From assembly GCA_964474455.1 (NCBI GenBank), contig CAYYSU010000010.1, positions 518 to 64,517 of the forward strand: a stretch of DNA of 64,000 nucleotides, given 5' to 3'. The notes under the pieces are model-generated. The model saw only the letters and a list, made by a program, of their open reading frames with translations, did no database searches and was not told the DNA's origin. The translations under genes were made by a program, and so were the position numbers. Source of the stretch: an uncultured Bacteroidales bacterium. GTDB lineage: Bacteria; Bacteroidota; Bacteroidia; Bacteroidales; BM520. Positions 28,340 to 38,200 of this stretch are shown here, piece by piece (position 1 is the stretch's first letter; each line of letters begins with the position of its first letter).

Positions 28340-29032
28340 CTACTCTTTGAGCTGCCAGGTGATCACCTTCTTCTTCTGACTCTTTAGTATCTCATTGACT
28401 TTTGAGAAATGAGCACAACCGAAAAATCCTCTGTATGCTGATAATGGCGAGGGATGCATTGCTGTCATTATGTGATGCTTCTGCTGGTCAATGAGATGGG
28501 CCTTTTCCATGGCGTAATTTCCCCACAGTAGAAATAGTATGTTGTCTCTCTTTTGGGAGAGCTGAGATATTGCTTCGTCGGTAAATTTTTGCCACCCCAT
28601 TTTACGATGCGACCCTGCCTGGCCTTCTTCTACTGTTAAAACACTGTTGATCATAAGTACTCCCTGCACCGCCCAGGATGTCAGGTCTCCATGTCCGGGA
28701 TGCTTACATCCGATGTCGGCACACAACTCCTTAAAGATGTTTTTTAGCGATGGAGGAATCTTTATTCCCCTGTGTACCGAGAACGCCAGTCCGTTGGCCT
28801 GCCCGGCACCATGATATGGATCCTGACCAATAATAACAACTTTAACATCTTCAAAATGTGTCAGGTAAAAGGCTCTGAACATATCCTCTTCAGGTGGAAA
28901 AACAGTGTTATTCCTTCGTGCTTTTTCAGTTTTTATAATTAAATTTGAAAAAAAATCGGATAATAGCATGTCTCTGAGGATTTTGTCCCACCCCGTTCCT
29001 TTAAGTTGTGATGTTTTCTCTTTCACTGGCAA
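28340..29032 (-). CDS. ung: Uracil-DNA glycosylase (family 1)
   Basis: Motifs are VKVVIIGQDPYHG, GVLMINSVLTV and HPSPLSA. The track start is a TTG, so the exact start is uncertain. Confidence 0.93.
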   Translation of the reverse strand: MPVKEKTSQLKGTGWDKILRDMLLSDFFSNLIIKTEKARRNNTVFPPEEDMFRAFYLTHFEDVKVVIIGQDPYHGAGQANGLAFSVHRGIKIPPSLKNIFKELCADIGCKHPGHGDLTSWAVQGVLMINSVLTVEEGQAGSHRKMGWQKFTDEAISQLSQKRDNILFLLWGNYAMEKAHLIDQQKHHIMTAMHPSPLSAYRGFFGCAHFSKVNEILKSQKKKVITWQLKE

Positions 29033-29071
29033 TAATTATCGGAATATTTTGTTATAAACTGGGAATTGCGC

Positions 29072-29079
29072 TATTTTTG
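29072..29079 (+). promoter_or_regulatory. Candidate -7 promoter box TATTTTTG
   Basis: It matches TAnnTTTG and lies 45 nt upstream of the small-lipoprotein ATG at 29124. Confidence 0.35.
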
Positions 29080-29123
29080 TCCGAAGGTAGAAAATAATCA
29101 TCAAATATTAAGAATTTATAAAT

Positions 29124-29252
29124 ATGAAAAAGTTATCCCTGATTCTAGCAGCAGCACTTTTGGCATGTATTCTTTTAAGCTCATGTAAAACCCGCGAGCG
29201 TTGCCCTGCTTATGGTGAGGCACATAAATTTCAGGTCGAGCAGGGATATTAA
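29124..29252 (+). CDS. Small (42-aa) putative lipoprotein
   Basis: It falls below the ORF-track cut-off. My translation is MKKLSLILAAALLACILLSSCKTRERCPAYGEAHKFQVEQGY*, with a signal peptide and an LSSC lipobox. Confidence 0.45.
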   Translation: MKKLSLILAAALLACILLSSCKTRERCPAYGEAHKFQVEQGY

Positions 29253-29313
29253 ATCCATCAACGGCATTGCTATGGGCTTGTGATACTTTTTCGTGGGCTC
29301 ATTAATACTGAAT

Positions 29314-30081
29314 ATGAAATACATAATATATCTTATTTTCATATTGCTATTGATTCTACCCCTTAAAGGTATGTCTCAGTTTGAATTAATACGAGATACC
29401 TCTCTTAGCGAGAATAGTGTGCTGTACAGAAAGGAGTACAAAGGTGGTATAATGATTCACTCCTCAGGATTTGGCGCAACATTTCAAAAAACCAAAAAAG
29501 ATAATGCCTTTAAAAAGCATTTCTGGGAGACATCGATTTTATACTATAGTAACCTCAAAGAGATAAAGACCTCCAATCCCTGGTACTCCAATTCCAAGAG
29601 TTATGTTTATGGAAAATTGAATGACATTGTAGTAGCCCGTTTTGGGTTTGGAGGTGCACGACAGATTTCCAGAAAACCATATCAGGGTGGGGTAGAGATA
29701 AATTTTAGCTATAGCGGTGGCGTGTCACTGGGTATTGCCAAACCTGTTTATCTTTACGTTGTTGAGTATATTGGAGCATCACAGCAGGAAGCAGTGCTTG
29801 CTGTACGAAAGTATGACCCCAATGACCATTTCTATGATAATATCTATGGCAGAGCCTCATTCTTTGAGGGCATATGGGAATCAAAGTTTTATCCCGGCGT
29901 ATATTCAAGAGTGGCATTTGATTTTGAATTCGGAAACTATGAGCCATTAATTCGTTCTCTGGAACTTGGGATGGCTTTTGATATGTTTCCTTTCGCAATA
30001 CCATCCATGGCATTTAATAATTCTGTAAACTTATTTACACACTTCTACATATCCATCTCTATCGGTAAAAGATATAACTAG
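29314..30081 (+). CDS. Hypothetical secreted protein, probably an outer-membrane beta-barrel
   Basis: It has a signal peptide (MKYIIYLIFILLLILPLKGMSQ), alternating aromatic/Gly-rich beta-strand-like segments, and a C-terminal ...ISISIGKRYN. The start is moved to ATG 29314. Confidence 0.5.
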   Translation: MKYIIYLIFILLLILPLKGMSQFELIRDTSLSENSVLYRKEYKGGIMIHSSGFGATFQKTKKDNAFKKHFWETSILYYSNLKEIKTSNPWYSNSKSYVYGKLNDIVVARFGFGGARQISRKPYQGGVEINFSYSGGVSLGIAKPVYLYVVEYIGASQQEAVLAVRKYDPNDHFYDNIYGRASFFEGIWESKFYPGVYSRVAFDFEFGNYEPLIRSLELGMAFDMFPFAIPSMAFNNSVNLFTHFYISISIGKRYN

Positions 30082-30225
30082 AAAGTCTATTCTCCGATTA
30101 AATATTTTTGACAAGCCTATGGATAGTTGATATGCTATTATAGTATTTGGATATTTTCTCAATAAGATTTCAGCTCTTACCCATTGTGCGGAGTTTGGTT
30201 TATTATAGCTTCGGATTATCATATA

Positions 30226-30260
30226 CAAAAAAAGAGGCTTCCCATCGGGAAGCCTCTTCT
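30226..30260 (-). terminator. Rho-independent terminator of the T9SS cargo gene
   Basis: The 11-bp stem AGAGGCTTCCC/GGGAAGCCTCT (30233..30243 and 30247..30257) is followed by a T7 run on the minus strand. Confidence 0.8.
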
Positions 30261-30297
30261 GCAAGTAGTTAAGAAGTTAATAATAATTAATTAATAA

Positions 30298-31791
30298 TTA
30301 ACGGATAGTAATTTTATCCGTATAGATTTCATCACCTTTACGAAGCTGAAGGATATAAATACCTTCAGGTAGTGATGCACTAATATTATGTGCTGACCCA
30401 TTTGCAAAGTTCAGCCTCTCTTCATAAACAACCTTACCAATCATATCAATGATCTGAAGTTCAACATTAGAGCCTTCAGCATTATCAAATTCTAATATAA
30501 ACTGACCGTTATTTGGATTGGGGAAAACTGCAAATATATTGGTAGCAGCTTCTTCAATTCCGGTCGCAGCGATAGTAAAGCGCCACTCCTCACTCCATTC
30601 AGATTCCTGTGATGTACCTATAAAAGCTTTCACTCTCCAGTAAACATTTTTTGCACTGTCTATGGGCTGTGCAATCGTAAAGCTTTCTGTCGAGGTAGAG
30701 CCGGTAGCATCAATGTTATACTGCATTGGATTGCCGAAGTTAGGGTCGTCAATCGATACGTGTAGTTTATAATTGGTAGAACCATCGATAGCATCCCACT
30801 TGAGTTCAGGGTAAATGGATACATTTGTTTGATTATTACCTGGTGAATCAAGCTCAGGAGCATTCAGAACAACAAATGATCTGGCCTCTGTAAATAGAGA
30901 TGTATCACGGTTACTTACTAATGCGACTCTCCAATAGTATGTCTGTCCAAAAGTAAATGGTTCTGAGAAAATGTTATACTCTTCGGAAAGAATATTGACG
31001 GGGTTTGTAAATTCTTCATCTTCAGAGAGTTGAAGTAAAAATAGCCCCCATTTTTTACTTTGCCACTTAAAGTTTACAATGGGTTCCACGATATCACCAT
31101 CTCTTGGCACTGTTAATCTCGTTTCGTCAAGGGTAGTGAATTTTGTAGCATCAGACCAGTCTGTCTCACTATCTGCATTATATGCTCTGACACGCCAGAA
31201 ATAAGAAGTATTAAAGAGAAGTTCTTCGGTAAGAACTGAAGCCTTTGCCACATTGATGACTGTATCAGCTTTTACATTTATAACCATCAATTCTGCTGAA
31301 TTAAAGTCCAAAATCGTATCAATCATTATCTCGAACATTTCAATACCTCTTAGGGTATCTTTGTAAGAATCGGCATTCCATTCAAGTATATCTATTGGGA
31401 GAATGCCTGTTTTATTGTTCGTCGGCTTACTATTGACGAATTTATCAATTACATGAAAAACTCTCGCTTCAGACCATTCTGACACATCTTCACCATCAAC
31501 GCCTCTAACTCTCCAATAATATGAAGTGTTAAGTTTCAATTGAGGTAAAGCGAATGCTGTGACATCTGTAGAAAAGAGTTCGGGATCGGAGAAGTCACTG
31601 TTGACGTCGAGTTGGATTTCATATTGAATATCCACAGAACCTGCAACAGCATCCCAATCCAGTAACACAATTGGCATAAGATCTTCTTTGTCATTCTCAG
31701 GACTGGTAAGTGCCGGAACATTTATCAGTGTGCCTGCCAAAAGATATGTGGACGCGATTAATAAACTGACCACTGCTAATATTTTCTTCAT
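30298..31791 (-). CDS. T9SS-sorted secreted protein with four FN3-like repeat modules
   Basis: It has a signal peptide and four modules of about 95 aa. Each module ends in (Y/F)(Y/F)WRV(R/K/A)...(W/F)(S/T)...(F)..(V/T/I). The C-terminal type-A sorting domain is FAVFPNPNNGQFILEF...GIYILQLRKGDEIYTDKITIR. Confidence 0.8.
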   Translation of the reverse strand: MKKILAVVSLLIASTYLLAGTLINVPALTSPENDKEDLMPIVLLDWDAVAGSVDIQYEIQLDVNSDFSDPELFSTDVTAFALPQLKLNTSYYWRVRGVDGEDVSEWSEARVFHVIDKFVNSKPTNNKTGILPIDILEWNADSYKDTLRGIEMFEIMIDTILDFNSAELMVINVKADTVINVAKASVLTEELLFNTSYFWRVRAYNADSETDWSDATKFTTLDETRLTVPRDGDIVEPIVNFKWQSKKWGLFLLQLSEDEEFTNPVNILSEEYNIFSEPFTFGQTYYWRVALVSNRDTSLFTEARSFVVLNAPELDSPGNNQTNVSIYPELKWDAIDGSTNYKLHVSIDDPNFGNPMQYNIDATGSTSTESFTIAQPIDSAKNVYWRVKAFIGTSQESEWSEEWRFTIAATGIEEAATNIFAVFPNPNNGQFILEFDNAEGSNVELQIIDMIGKVVYEERLNFANGSAHNISASLPEGIYILQLRKGDEIYTDKITIR

Positions 31792-31841
31792 ATCTATAAA
31801 CTTTTTTTATCTAAATAAACAGTTGATAATTATTTTTGGGG

Positions 31842-34772
31842 TTATTCTACCACCATAACTTTAACTGTATTGCTCTTACCATTGAGAACAACCTGCAAAA
31901 TATATGTTCCAGGATTAAATCCTTCCATGTCAACAGTAAAATTATTGTCACCTGCCGATGGTACCTGCATAGTCATTGATTTGAGAACCTGACCATTCAT
32001 GCTAAATACGTTAATCATGCCGATGCCGGGTTCTGTAGATCTGAAAGAAACCTGGGCTGTTGTCTCAACAGGGTTAGGATAAACAGTAATGTTAGAGGTG
32101 TTCTTCTGCGAAGTGTTGTTGTTATAATCACTGATGCCAACATAAGATCTTGATTCAAAGACACCTCTGCCTCCTGTTGCAGCATAAATGACACCATAGT
32201 TAGAAACCGTTTGTTTGATACCTCCTGCAATTATTGGGTAGTGGTTTAATGTTTGCTGTTTAAGTTCGAACACAGGAATAGTACCAATATTGGCGCTGGA
32301 ATAAATCCAGTTTGGCGCTGAAGTATTGTCTGTAGAATATATACCTAGGTCTGTGCCAACAATTACAGTGTTAGAGTTATTCATCTCAATAACAGCAGAG
32401 TATATCGGTGCTTTTGGTAATGATCCCTGGATGCTTTCGAATTCAGGAACATCACCAGCTGCATTCTCACAGTTATATACGTAATCGTCAAAGCCGTAGT
32501 TTCCTAATGTAACTACGATGTGGTCTTCATTCTCAGGGTCTGTAGCAATAGATGTTATATAACGACCTTCAAAGTCATAGATAAGATCTGTAGATACAAT
32601 ACAATTTGGTTCGGTAACGTCTGCTCTCTCTTTGTTATATGCACGAGCGAGATTTGAAATACGGTAGAGTTTTCCATCTTCGGTACCTACAAATGCATGG
32701 TTGGCATCCTTTGTTAAAGCAACTGCCGAGGAAATGCCTTCGAAACCACTATTATCAGTATCTGCAATGAGATACCATTCCGGTGTATCAAAGAAGTTAA
32801 CCGCATTTAATGTCATGTAAACGACACCATTTAATGCAACAATAAATTTTGAGCTAATAGGATCCTGGATAGTTATTGTACTATCATTTCCATAAGGCAG
32901 GTTATGAGGAAGTTCAAAATGAATAGGATATTTACCATTTTTGCTTTCAACAGTTATAACAGTACCTGCTGGTACAAACTCTTCCGCTGTGTATGATATG
33001 GAGTCTCTACTGTTAGTATTGGTAAAGCTTTCCCAAAGTACAGAAGGTACCTGGAATGATTTGTCTTTCGCCCTGACAAGTAGGTTTGTAGAGGCATTTT
33101 GACTAAATGCAATATGCTGTTGTTCCTGATCATCAACACGGTAATAGTCAATTAACGAGACCCCGTCATTAGAGAATATAAGAGAGATGGGGTAGATGAA
33201 AGAGTGGTAGCTGCGTGCTCCTGTGGTACTGGTATTATAATATGGATTCATAATAGAATTACCATTTTGCGGCAATGAGCCATAACCAGGAATAATCAAG
33301 CTGTTATTGCTCTGAGTTGAAGCGATGACAGAACCGTTATGAGCAGGGTTTACAGAATAACAATTGGTGGTATTCAATCCTTTGAAAAGAGGCTTGATTT
33401 CAAAAGTGTTAAGATTCATTGAGTATATACCTGCGTCAGTAGAAGTATATATCAGGTTGCTTTGTGTTGGATGATATTTAACCTGGTGCTTGTTAGCAGG
33501 TATATAATAAATAGGTGAATTAGAAGAGGTGACCTCAACCCACTTATAGAAAGAGTTATGAGCAACGAAAGTGCCATCATAAAGGTTGGTGCCTCCAATA
33601 ATTATATGATAAGGATCTACGGGGTCCACAGCGATAGCCGCTGTGTATGGACCATTGCTCGTAGTGAAGACATTAAAACCTGTGCTACTTCCCGGACCAA
33701 TTTCCTCCCATACTTCGCCACCGTCAAAAGTTGCATAAACACCTTCCAGCGTGCCATATTCATCAATATCACCAGTCTGAACTACATCTACGTTACACGT
33801 TAATGCATAAATGATGTTTTCATCAGCAGAAGCATATTGAAAATTCAGGAAAGATACACCATCACGAGGGAGGCATTCAGGGTTGACAATGCTGTCAACA
33901 GTAACTGCATATCTGATAGAATGGTTGGTAAAGTTGTTGTCGCCTTCAGAAGTATAGAAATGACTATTGAGTGCGGTAAGAATTCTACCTGCAGGAGTAA
34001 CTGCAACATTAGTACATACTCCTGTCATATCTTCACCTTCATTATCTTTTGTAATACTCCACGAAACGCCGTTATCATCCGACATGTATAGCCCCTGGAT
34101 TGTTGCGGCATAATAAGTATTATTTTTAATCGCAAAATTAAAGACGCATGCCCAAGGTGAATTTTCGTCACCGGCAGGATTGGTACCTTCCAAACGTGTA
34201 AAATCACTTCCGTTAGTGGATTTGTAAATACCGTCGCCCATAAAAGCGCCATAACCATTGAAGCGCAGAGCGTCAGATGGTTCACCGGTGCAGGCAAAGA
34301 TATCACCATTTTCGGCCTGATAAAGTTTCGATGCTTTGAAGATGTTGTCTTCATTACTGGCCAGGTTGTATGTTAAACCACCATTAGTGGTTTTCCATAT
34401 GCCACCGGAAGGTGATGCTGCATAAATTGTTGATCCGGTTGCGTCCTTGGAATCAAAAATAAAACTGCTGATACGACCAGATTTGTTTATGGGGCCACGA
34501 GATTCCCAGTTGAGGTCATTTTTAGCACTCTCCTGAATAAGCTTAGCTGCACTGTTTTGTGCCTCTTGTACATCTTGAGGATTGATGCTGCCTGTGGCAG
34601 GATTCACTCTCATGCCTGCAACGTATTGCATTGCTGCTACGCCAGGATCTTTGGAACCCTGTTCCGCATTTACTGCTCCTGTCTGAGCCCAGGTTGTTGA
34701 TGGTGTCAACAGAAGTACCATAACTCCCCCCAGTATTGCCAAAAGACGAAATCGTAAATTTTTGTTTTTCAT
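31842..34772 (-). CDS. T9SS-sorted BNR/Asp-box (sortilin/VPS10-like) beta-propeller repeat protein
   Basis: The 976-aa ORF has a signal peptide and Asp-box-like motifs (WKTTNGGLTY, SDDNGVSWS, TFDGGEVWEE). The C-terminal sorting domain is ITVYPNPVETTAQVSF...GTYILQVVLNGKSNTVKVMVVE. Confidence 0.75.
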   Translation of the reverse strand: MKNKNLRFRLLAILGGVMVLLLTPSTTWAQTGAVNAEQGSKDPGVAAMQYVAGMRVNPATGSINPQDVQEAQNSAAKLIQESAKNDLNWESRGPINKSGRISSFIFDSKDATGSTIYAASPSGGIWKTTNGGLTYNLASNEDNIFKASKLYQAENGDIFACTGEPSDALRFNGYGAFMGDGIYKSTNGSDFTRLEGTNPAGDENSPWACVFNFAIKNNTYYAATIQGLYMSDDNGVSWSITKDNEGEDMTGVCTNVAVTPAGRILTALNSHFYTSEGDNNFTNHSIRYAVTVDSIVNPECLPRDGVSFLNFQYASADENIIYALTCNVDVVQTGDIDEYGTLEGVYATFDGGEVWEEIGPGSSTGFNVFTTSNGPYTAAIAVDPVDPYHIIIGGTNLYDGTFVAHNSFYKWVEVTSSNSPIYYIPANKHQVKYHPTQSNLIYTSTDAGIYSMNLNTFEIKPLFKGLNTTNCYSVNPAHNGSVIASTQSNNSLIIPGYGSLPQNGNSIMNPYYNTSTTGARSYHSFIYPISLIFSNDGVSLIDYYRVDDQEQQHIAFSQNASTNLLVRAKDKSFQVPSVLWESFTNTNSRDSISYTAEEFVPAGTVITVESKNGKYPIHFELPHNLPYGNDSTITIQDPISSKFIVALNGVVYMTLNAVNFFDTPEWYLIADTDNSGFEGISSAVALTKDANHAFVGTEDGKLYRISNLARAYNKERADVTEPNCIVSTDLIYDFEGRYITSIATDPENEDHIVVTLGNYGFDDYVYNCENAAGDVPEFESIQGSLPKAPIYSAVIEMNNSNTVIVGTDLGIYSTDNTSAPNWIYSSANIGTIPVFELKQQTLNHYPIIAGGIKQTVSNYGVIYAATGGRGVFESRSYVGISDYNNNTSQKNTSNITVYPNPVETTAQVSFRSTEPGIGMINVFSMNGQVLKSMTMQVPSAGDNNFTVDMEGFNPGTYILQVVLNGKSNTVKVMVVE

Positions 34773-34978
34773 ACGTTTGTGGTTTATTTTATTATTTGTT
34801 TATCGCGAACATTCAAAGGGGCACAAGTTACGTCTTTTTTTTTTTTGTGCAACCGCCGCCGATTATAAAATTTTAACAATAATATGTTTATATCCTATTC
34901 TGTTTTTATCACTATTTACAAAGGTAAAAAAAAAAGAATATATGCAACCTTTTATCTTTCTGTTACGCCTTGATTCGT

Positions 34979-34986
34979 TACCTTTG
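34979..34986 (+). promoter_or_regulatory. Candidate -7 promoter box TACCTTTG
   Basis: It matches TAnnTTTG and lies 21 nt upstream of the pepC ATG at 35007. Confidence 0.45.
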
Positions 34987-35006
34987 ACGGCAAAACTGAT
35001 TTAGCT

Positions 35007-36182
35007 ATGAAATACTTATTTTTCTTTATTACTTTTCCCCTGACAATGTTGCTTGCGGGATCAAATGTTTATTCACAAAATGGAGACACACAAAACGAGG
35101 AAAAATCTTATGATTTTCAAACCAAAATTAAAATTCCTGTTACTACAGTAAAGGATCAACACCGCTCCGGCACCTGCTGGAGCTTCGCTGCCACATCTTT
35201 CATTGAAGCAGAAGTACTTCGCATGACCGATAAATCATTGGATCTTTCGGAGATGTATTTTGTGAGGTATACCTATGAAGATAAAGCTCTGAATTATGTC
35301 CGTAGACATGGAAAAGCAAATTTTGGCCCTGGAGGTCAGGCTCATGATGTTTTAAATGTGATAAAAAATTATGGATTCGTCTCTGAAGAGAAATATCCCG
35401 GTATTACTAAAGGCCAAACGAAGCATAACCATGGTGAGCTTGATGAGGTGCTTTCAGGTTTCGTTACTTCTGTGGTTAAAAATAAAGGCAGAAACCTTTC
35501 TGCTGTGTGGTTTGATGCTTATAAAGCCATACTTGATGTTTATTTGGGTGAAGTTCCGAAAAATGCTGACAAGTTGGGGAAGTTTAACCCTGAGGATTAT
35601 GTGGAACTGACGTCATACAACTGCTATGAATGGTACGCAAAGGTGAATCTGCAGATTCCTGACAACTGGTCGTATGATACCTATATTAATGTGCCTCTTG
35701 ATGAGATGATGCGGGTGATAGATAATGCTTTTGAAAATGGATATTCTGTTTGTTGGGATGGCGATGTGAGTAATCGTGGATTCTCCCATCGAAATGGTGT
35801 GGCTATTGTCCCCGTGGAGGTGGTAGATAATATGGCCGGTACCGAGCAATCGCGGTGGGAGGCGATACCCAGCGATGTTCGCTTTGAAAAACTCTATGCC
35901 TTCGAGGGCCCCGTGCCAGAGAAAGTTATTGATGATGAAGCACGCATGGAAGTGTTTGCCAATTATACTTCTACGGATGATCATCTGATGCACCTAACGG
36001 GTGTTGTTGTTGATAGTGAGGGTAATACCTATTACAAAACAAAAAATTCATGGGACACGGACAGTAACAAAATGGGAGGATACCTAAATATGTCGGAAGC
36101 CTATGTGCGATTGAACACTGTGGCAATTATGATACATAAAGATGCTATCCCAGGCGACCTAAAAAGGAAGTTTGGTCTCTAA
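35007..36182 (+). CDS. pepC: C1-family cysteine aminopeptidase (aminopeptidase C/bleomycin hydrolase-like), with a signal peptide
   Basis: It has the catalytic Cys motif QHRSGTCWSFAATSF, a His region (DDHLMHLTGVV) and the motif NSWDTD. Confidence 0.8.
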   Translation: MKYLFFFITFPLTMLLAGSNVYSQNGDTQNEEKSYDFQTKIKIPVTTVKDQHRSGTCWSFAATSFIEAEVLRMTDKSLDLSEMYFVRYTYEDKALNYVRRHGKANFGPGGQAHDVLNVIKNYGFVSEEKYPGITKGQTKHNHGELDEVLSGFVTSVVKNKGRNLSAVWFDAYKAILDVYLGEVPKNADKLGKFNPEDYVELTSYNCYEWYAKVNLQIPDNWSYDTYINVPLDEMMRVIDNAFENGYSVCWDGDVSNRGFSHRNGVAIVPVEVVDNMAGTEQSRWEAIPSDVRFEKLYAFEGPVPEKVIDDEARMEVFANYTSTDDHLMHLTGVVVDSEGNTYYKTKNSWDTDSNKMGGYLNMSEAYVRLNTVAIMIHKDAIPGDLKRKFGL

Positions 36183-36261
36183 AGCTGATATTTCACATAT
36201 TTTAATATAGGCCTTAACATATTTTAACACGGCTGTTGCATTCCCTGTGATAGCCGTGTTT

Positions 36262-36269
36262 TATTTTTG
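36262..36269 (+). promoter_or_regulatory. Candidate -7 promoter box TATTTTTG for the moxR/bat operon
   Basis: It matches TAnnTTTG and lies 28 nt upstream of the ATG at 36297. Confidence 0.45.
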
Positions 36270-36296
36270 CATACATTATTTGAAATATTTATCTAG

Positions 36297-37286
36297 ATGG
36301 AAACAAACATAAAAGAACTTAATGAGATGATTCAGCAGGAGAGCGCCTTCGTGGATATGATTTCTGCTGAGATGAATAAGGTTATTGTAGGTCAAAAGCA
36401 TATGGTAGAACGTTTGCTTATTGGTTTGCTTACCAAGGGGCATATTTTGCTGGAAGGTGTTCCCGGGCTGGCGAAGACTTTGGCAATAAAATCTCTTGCC
36501 AGTACCATTAATGCCGATTTCTCCAGAATACAGTTTACCCCCGATCTACTCCCTGCGGATCTTCTGGGAACAATGATATATTCTCAGAAGAGAGAGGAGT
36601 TCCTGGTGCGTAAAGGCCCCATATTCTCCAATTTTATTCTTGCTGATGAGATAAACCGCTCACCGGCAAAAGTGCAGAGTGCGCTGCTTGAAGCTATGCA
36701 GGAACGACAGGTGACAATCGGTGATACGACATTTTCCCTGGAAGAACCATTTCTTGTGCTGGCAACACAAAACCCCATCGAACAGGAAGGTACTTACCCG
36801 CTTCCAGAAGCGCAGGTAGATAGATTTATGCTTAAAGTGGTAATAGGTTATCCAACGAAGGAAGAGGAAAAGCTAATTCTGCGTCAGAACATCGCCGGAA
36901 TAAAAACGAATATAAACAAGGTGGTCAACACTGAAAATATTCTCCGCGCCAGGGAGGTTGTCAATATGGTGTATCTTGATGAGAAGATAGAGAACTATAT
37001 TACAGATATCGTATTCGCTTCACGATACCCTGAAAATTATAATATGGATCGTTATGATTCTATGATTAACTATGGAGCTTCTCCAAGGGCTTCAATAAAT
37101 CTTGCCCTGGCAGCAAAAGCATTTGCGTTTATCAAACGTCGTGGATATGTTATTCCTGAAGATGTTAGAGCTGTGGCTCATGATGTACTTCGTCACCGTA
37201 TCGGACTGACCTATGAAGCTGAGGCAGAAAATATTACCTCTGTAGATATTATCAATGAGATCCTTAACAGGGTTGAAGTTCCGTAA
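36297..37286 (+). CDS. MoxR-family AAA+ ATPase
   Basis: It has Walker A EGVPGLAKT, Walker B ILADEINRSPAKVQSALLEAMQE, and the motifs LATQNPIEQEGTYPLPEAQVDRF and GASPRA. Confidence 0.93.
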   Translation: METNIKELNEMIQQESAFVDMISAEMNKVIVGQKHMVERLLIGLLTKGHILLEGVPGLAKTLAIKSLASTINADFSRIQFTPDLLPADLLGTMIYSQKREEFLVRKGPIFSNFILADEINRSPAKVQSALLEAMQERQVTIGDTTFSLEEPFLVLATQNPIEQEGTYPLPEAQVDRFMLKVVIGYPTKEEEKLILRQNIAGIKTNINKVVNTENILRAREVVNMVYLDEKIENYITDIVFASRYPENYNMDRYDSMINYGASPRASINLALAAKAFAFIKRRGYVIPEDVRAVAHDVLRHRIGLTYEAEAENITSVDIINEILNRVEVP

Positions 37287-37323
37287 AAGGCTGTTTTATA
37301 GGTGTTAACGTTTGAATTTTGAT

Positions 37324-38199
37324 ATGGAAACTTCAGAGATATTAAAGAAAGTCAGAAAGATTGAGATAAAAACCCGCGGACTCTCTTCGCAGATCTTCGC
37401 AGGGCAATACCATAGTGCCTTTAAAGGTAGAGGTATGGCCTTTAGTGAGGTGCGTGAATATCAGTATGGTGATGATATCAGAAATATTGACTGGAATGTT
37501 ACTGCCCGTCTTAACCATCCTTATGTTAAGATATACGAAGAAGAGCGTGAACTGACAGTTATGTTGCTGATTGATGTCAGCGGATCCAATGAGTTTGGTA
37601 CTAAGGTATTCTTAAAAGAGGATCTTATTACCGAGGTGGCTTCCGTTCTGGCTTTTTCTGCTATCACAAACAACGATAAGGTAGGCGTGATATTCTTCAG
37701 CGATAAGGTGGAGAAATTTATCTCCCCTCAAAAGGGAACATCTCATATCCTGAGAATTATCCGAGAGTTGATAGACTTTCATCCTGATAACCAACAAACA
37801 GACATCTCTGAAGCATTACGATTCCTGACAAATGCAATTAAGAAAAGATCTACAGTATTCATTATCAGTGATTTTTTGGATAATAACTTTGAAAAGGCTC
37901 TTCGTATTGCTAATCATAAACATGATATTATTGCTCTGCGAGTTACGGATCCAGCAGAATCAGTGTTACCTGATCTTGGATTCATACGCGTTTATGATAA
38001 AGAAAAAAATACCCGGCGATGGGTAGACTCATCCAGTAAAACGGTTCGGAATAATTATAAAAGATATTTTTTACGAATTAATAAGGAAATCGATGCTGTG
38101 TTTAAAAGAAATGGTATTGATTGCGCTGAGTTGTCAACAGATAAGGATTATATCAAACCATTAATGATGTTATTCAGAAAAAGAGAAAGCCGAATTTAG
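37324..38199 (+). CDS. DUF58 domain protein (VWA-like MoxR partner)
   Basis: It has the typical DUF58 core AFKGRGMAFSEVREYQYGDDIRNIDWNVTAR. The start is set at ATG 37324; the track ORF begins at a TTG at 37312. Confidence 0.88.
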   Translation: METSEILKKVRKIEIKTRGLSSQIFAGQYHSAFKGRGMAFSEVREYQYGDDIRNIDWNVTARLNHPYVKIYEEERELTVMLLIDVSGSNEFGTKVFLKEDLITEVASVLAFSAITNNDKVGVIFFSDKVEKFISPQKGTSHILRIIRELIDFHPDNQQTDISEALRFLTNAIKKRSTVFIISDFLDNNFEKALRIANHKHDIIALRVTDPAESVLPDLGFIRVYDKEKNTRRWVDSSSKTVRNNYKRYFLRINKEIDAVFKRNGIDCAELSTDKDYIKPLMMLFRKRESRI

Positions 38200-38200
38200 T

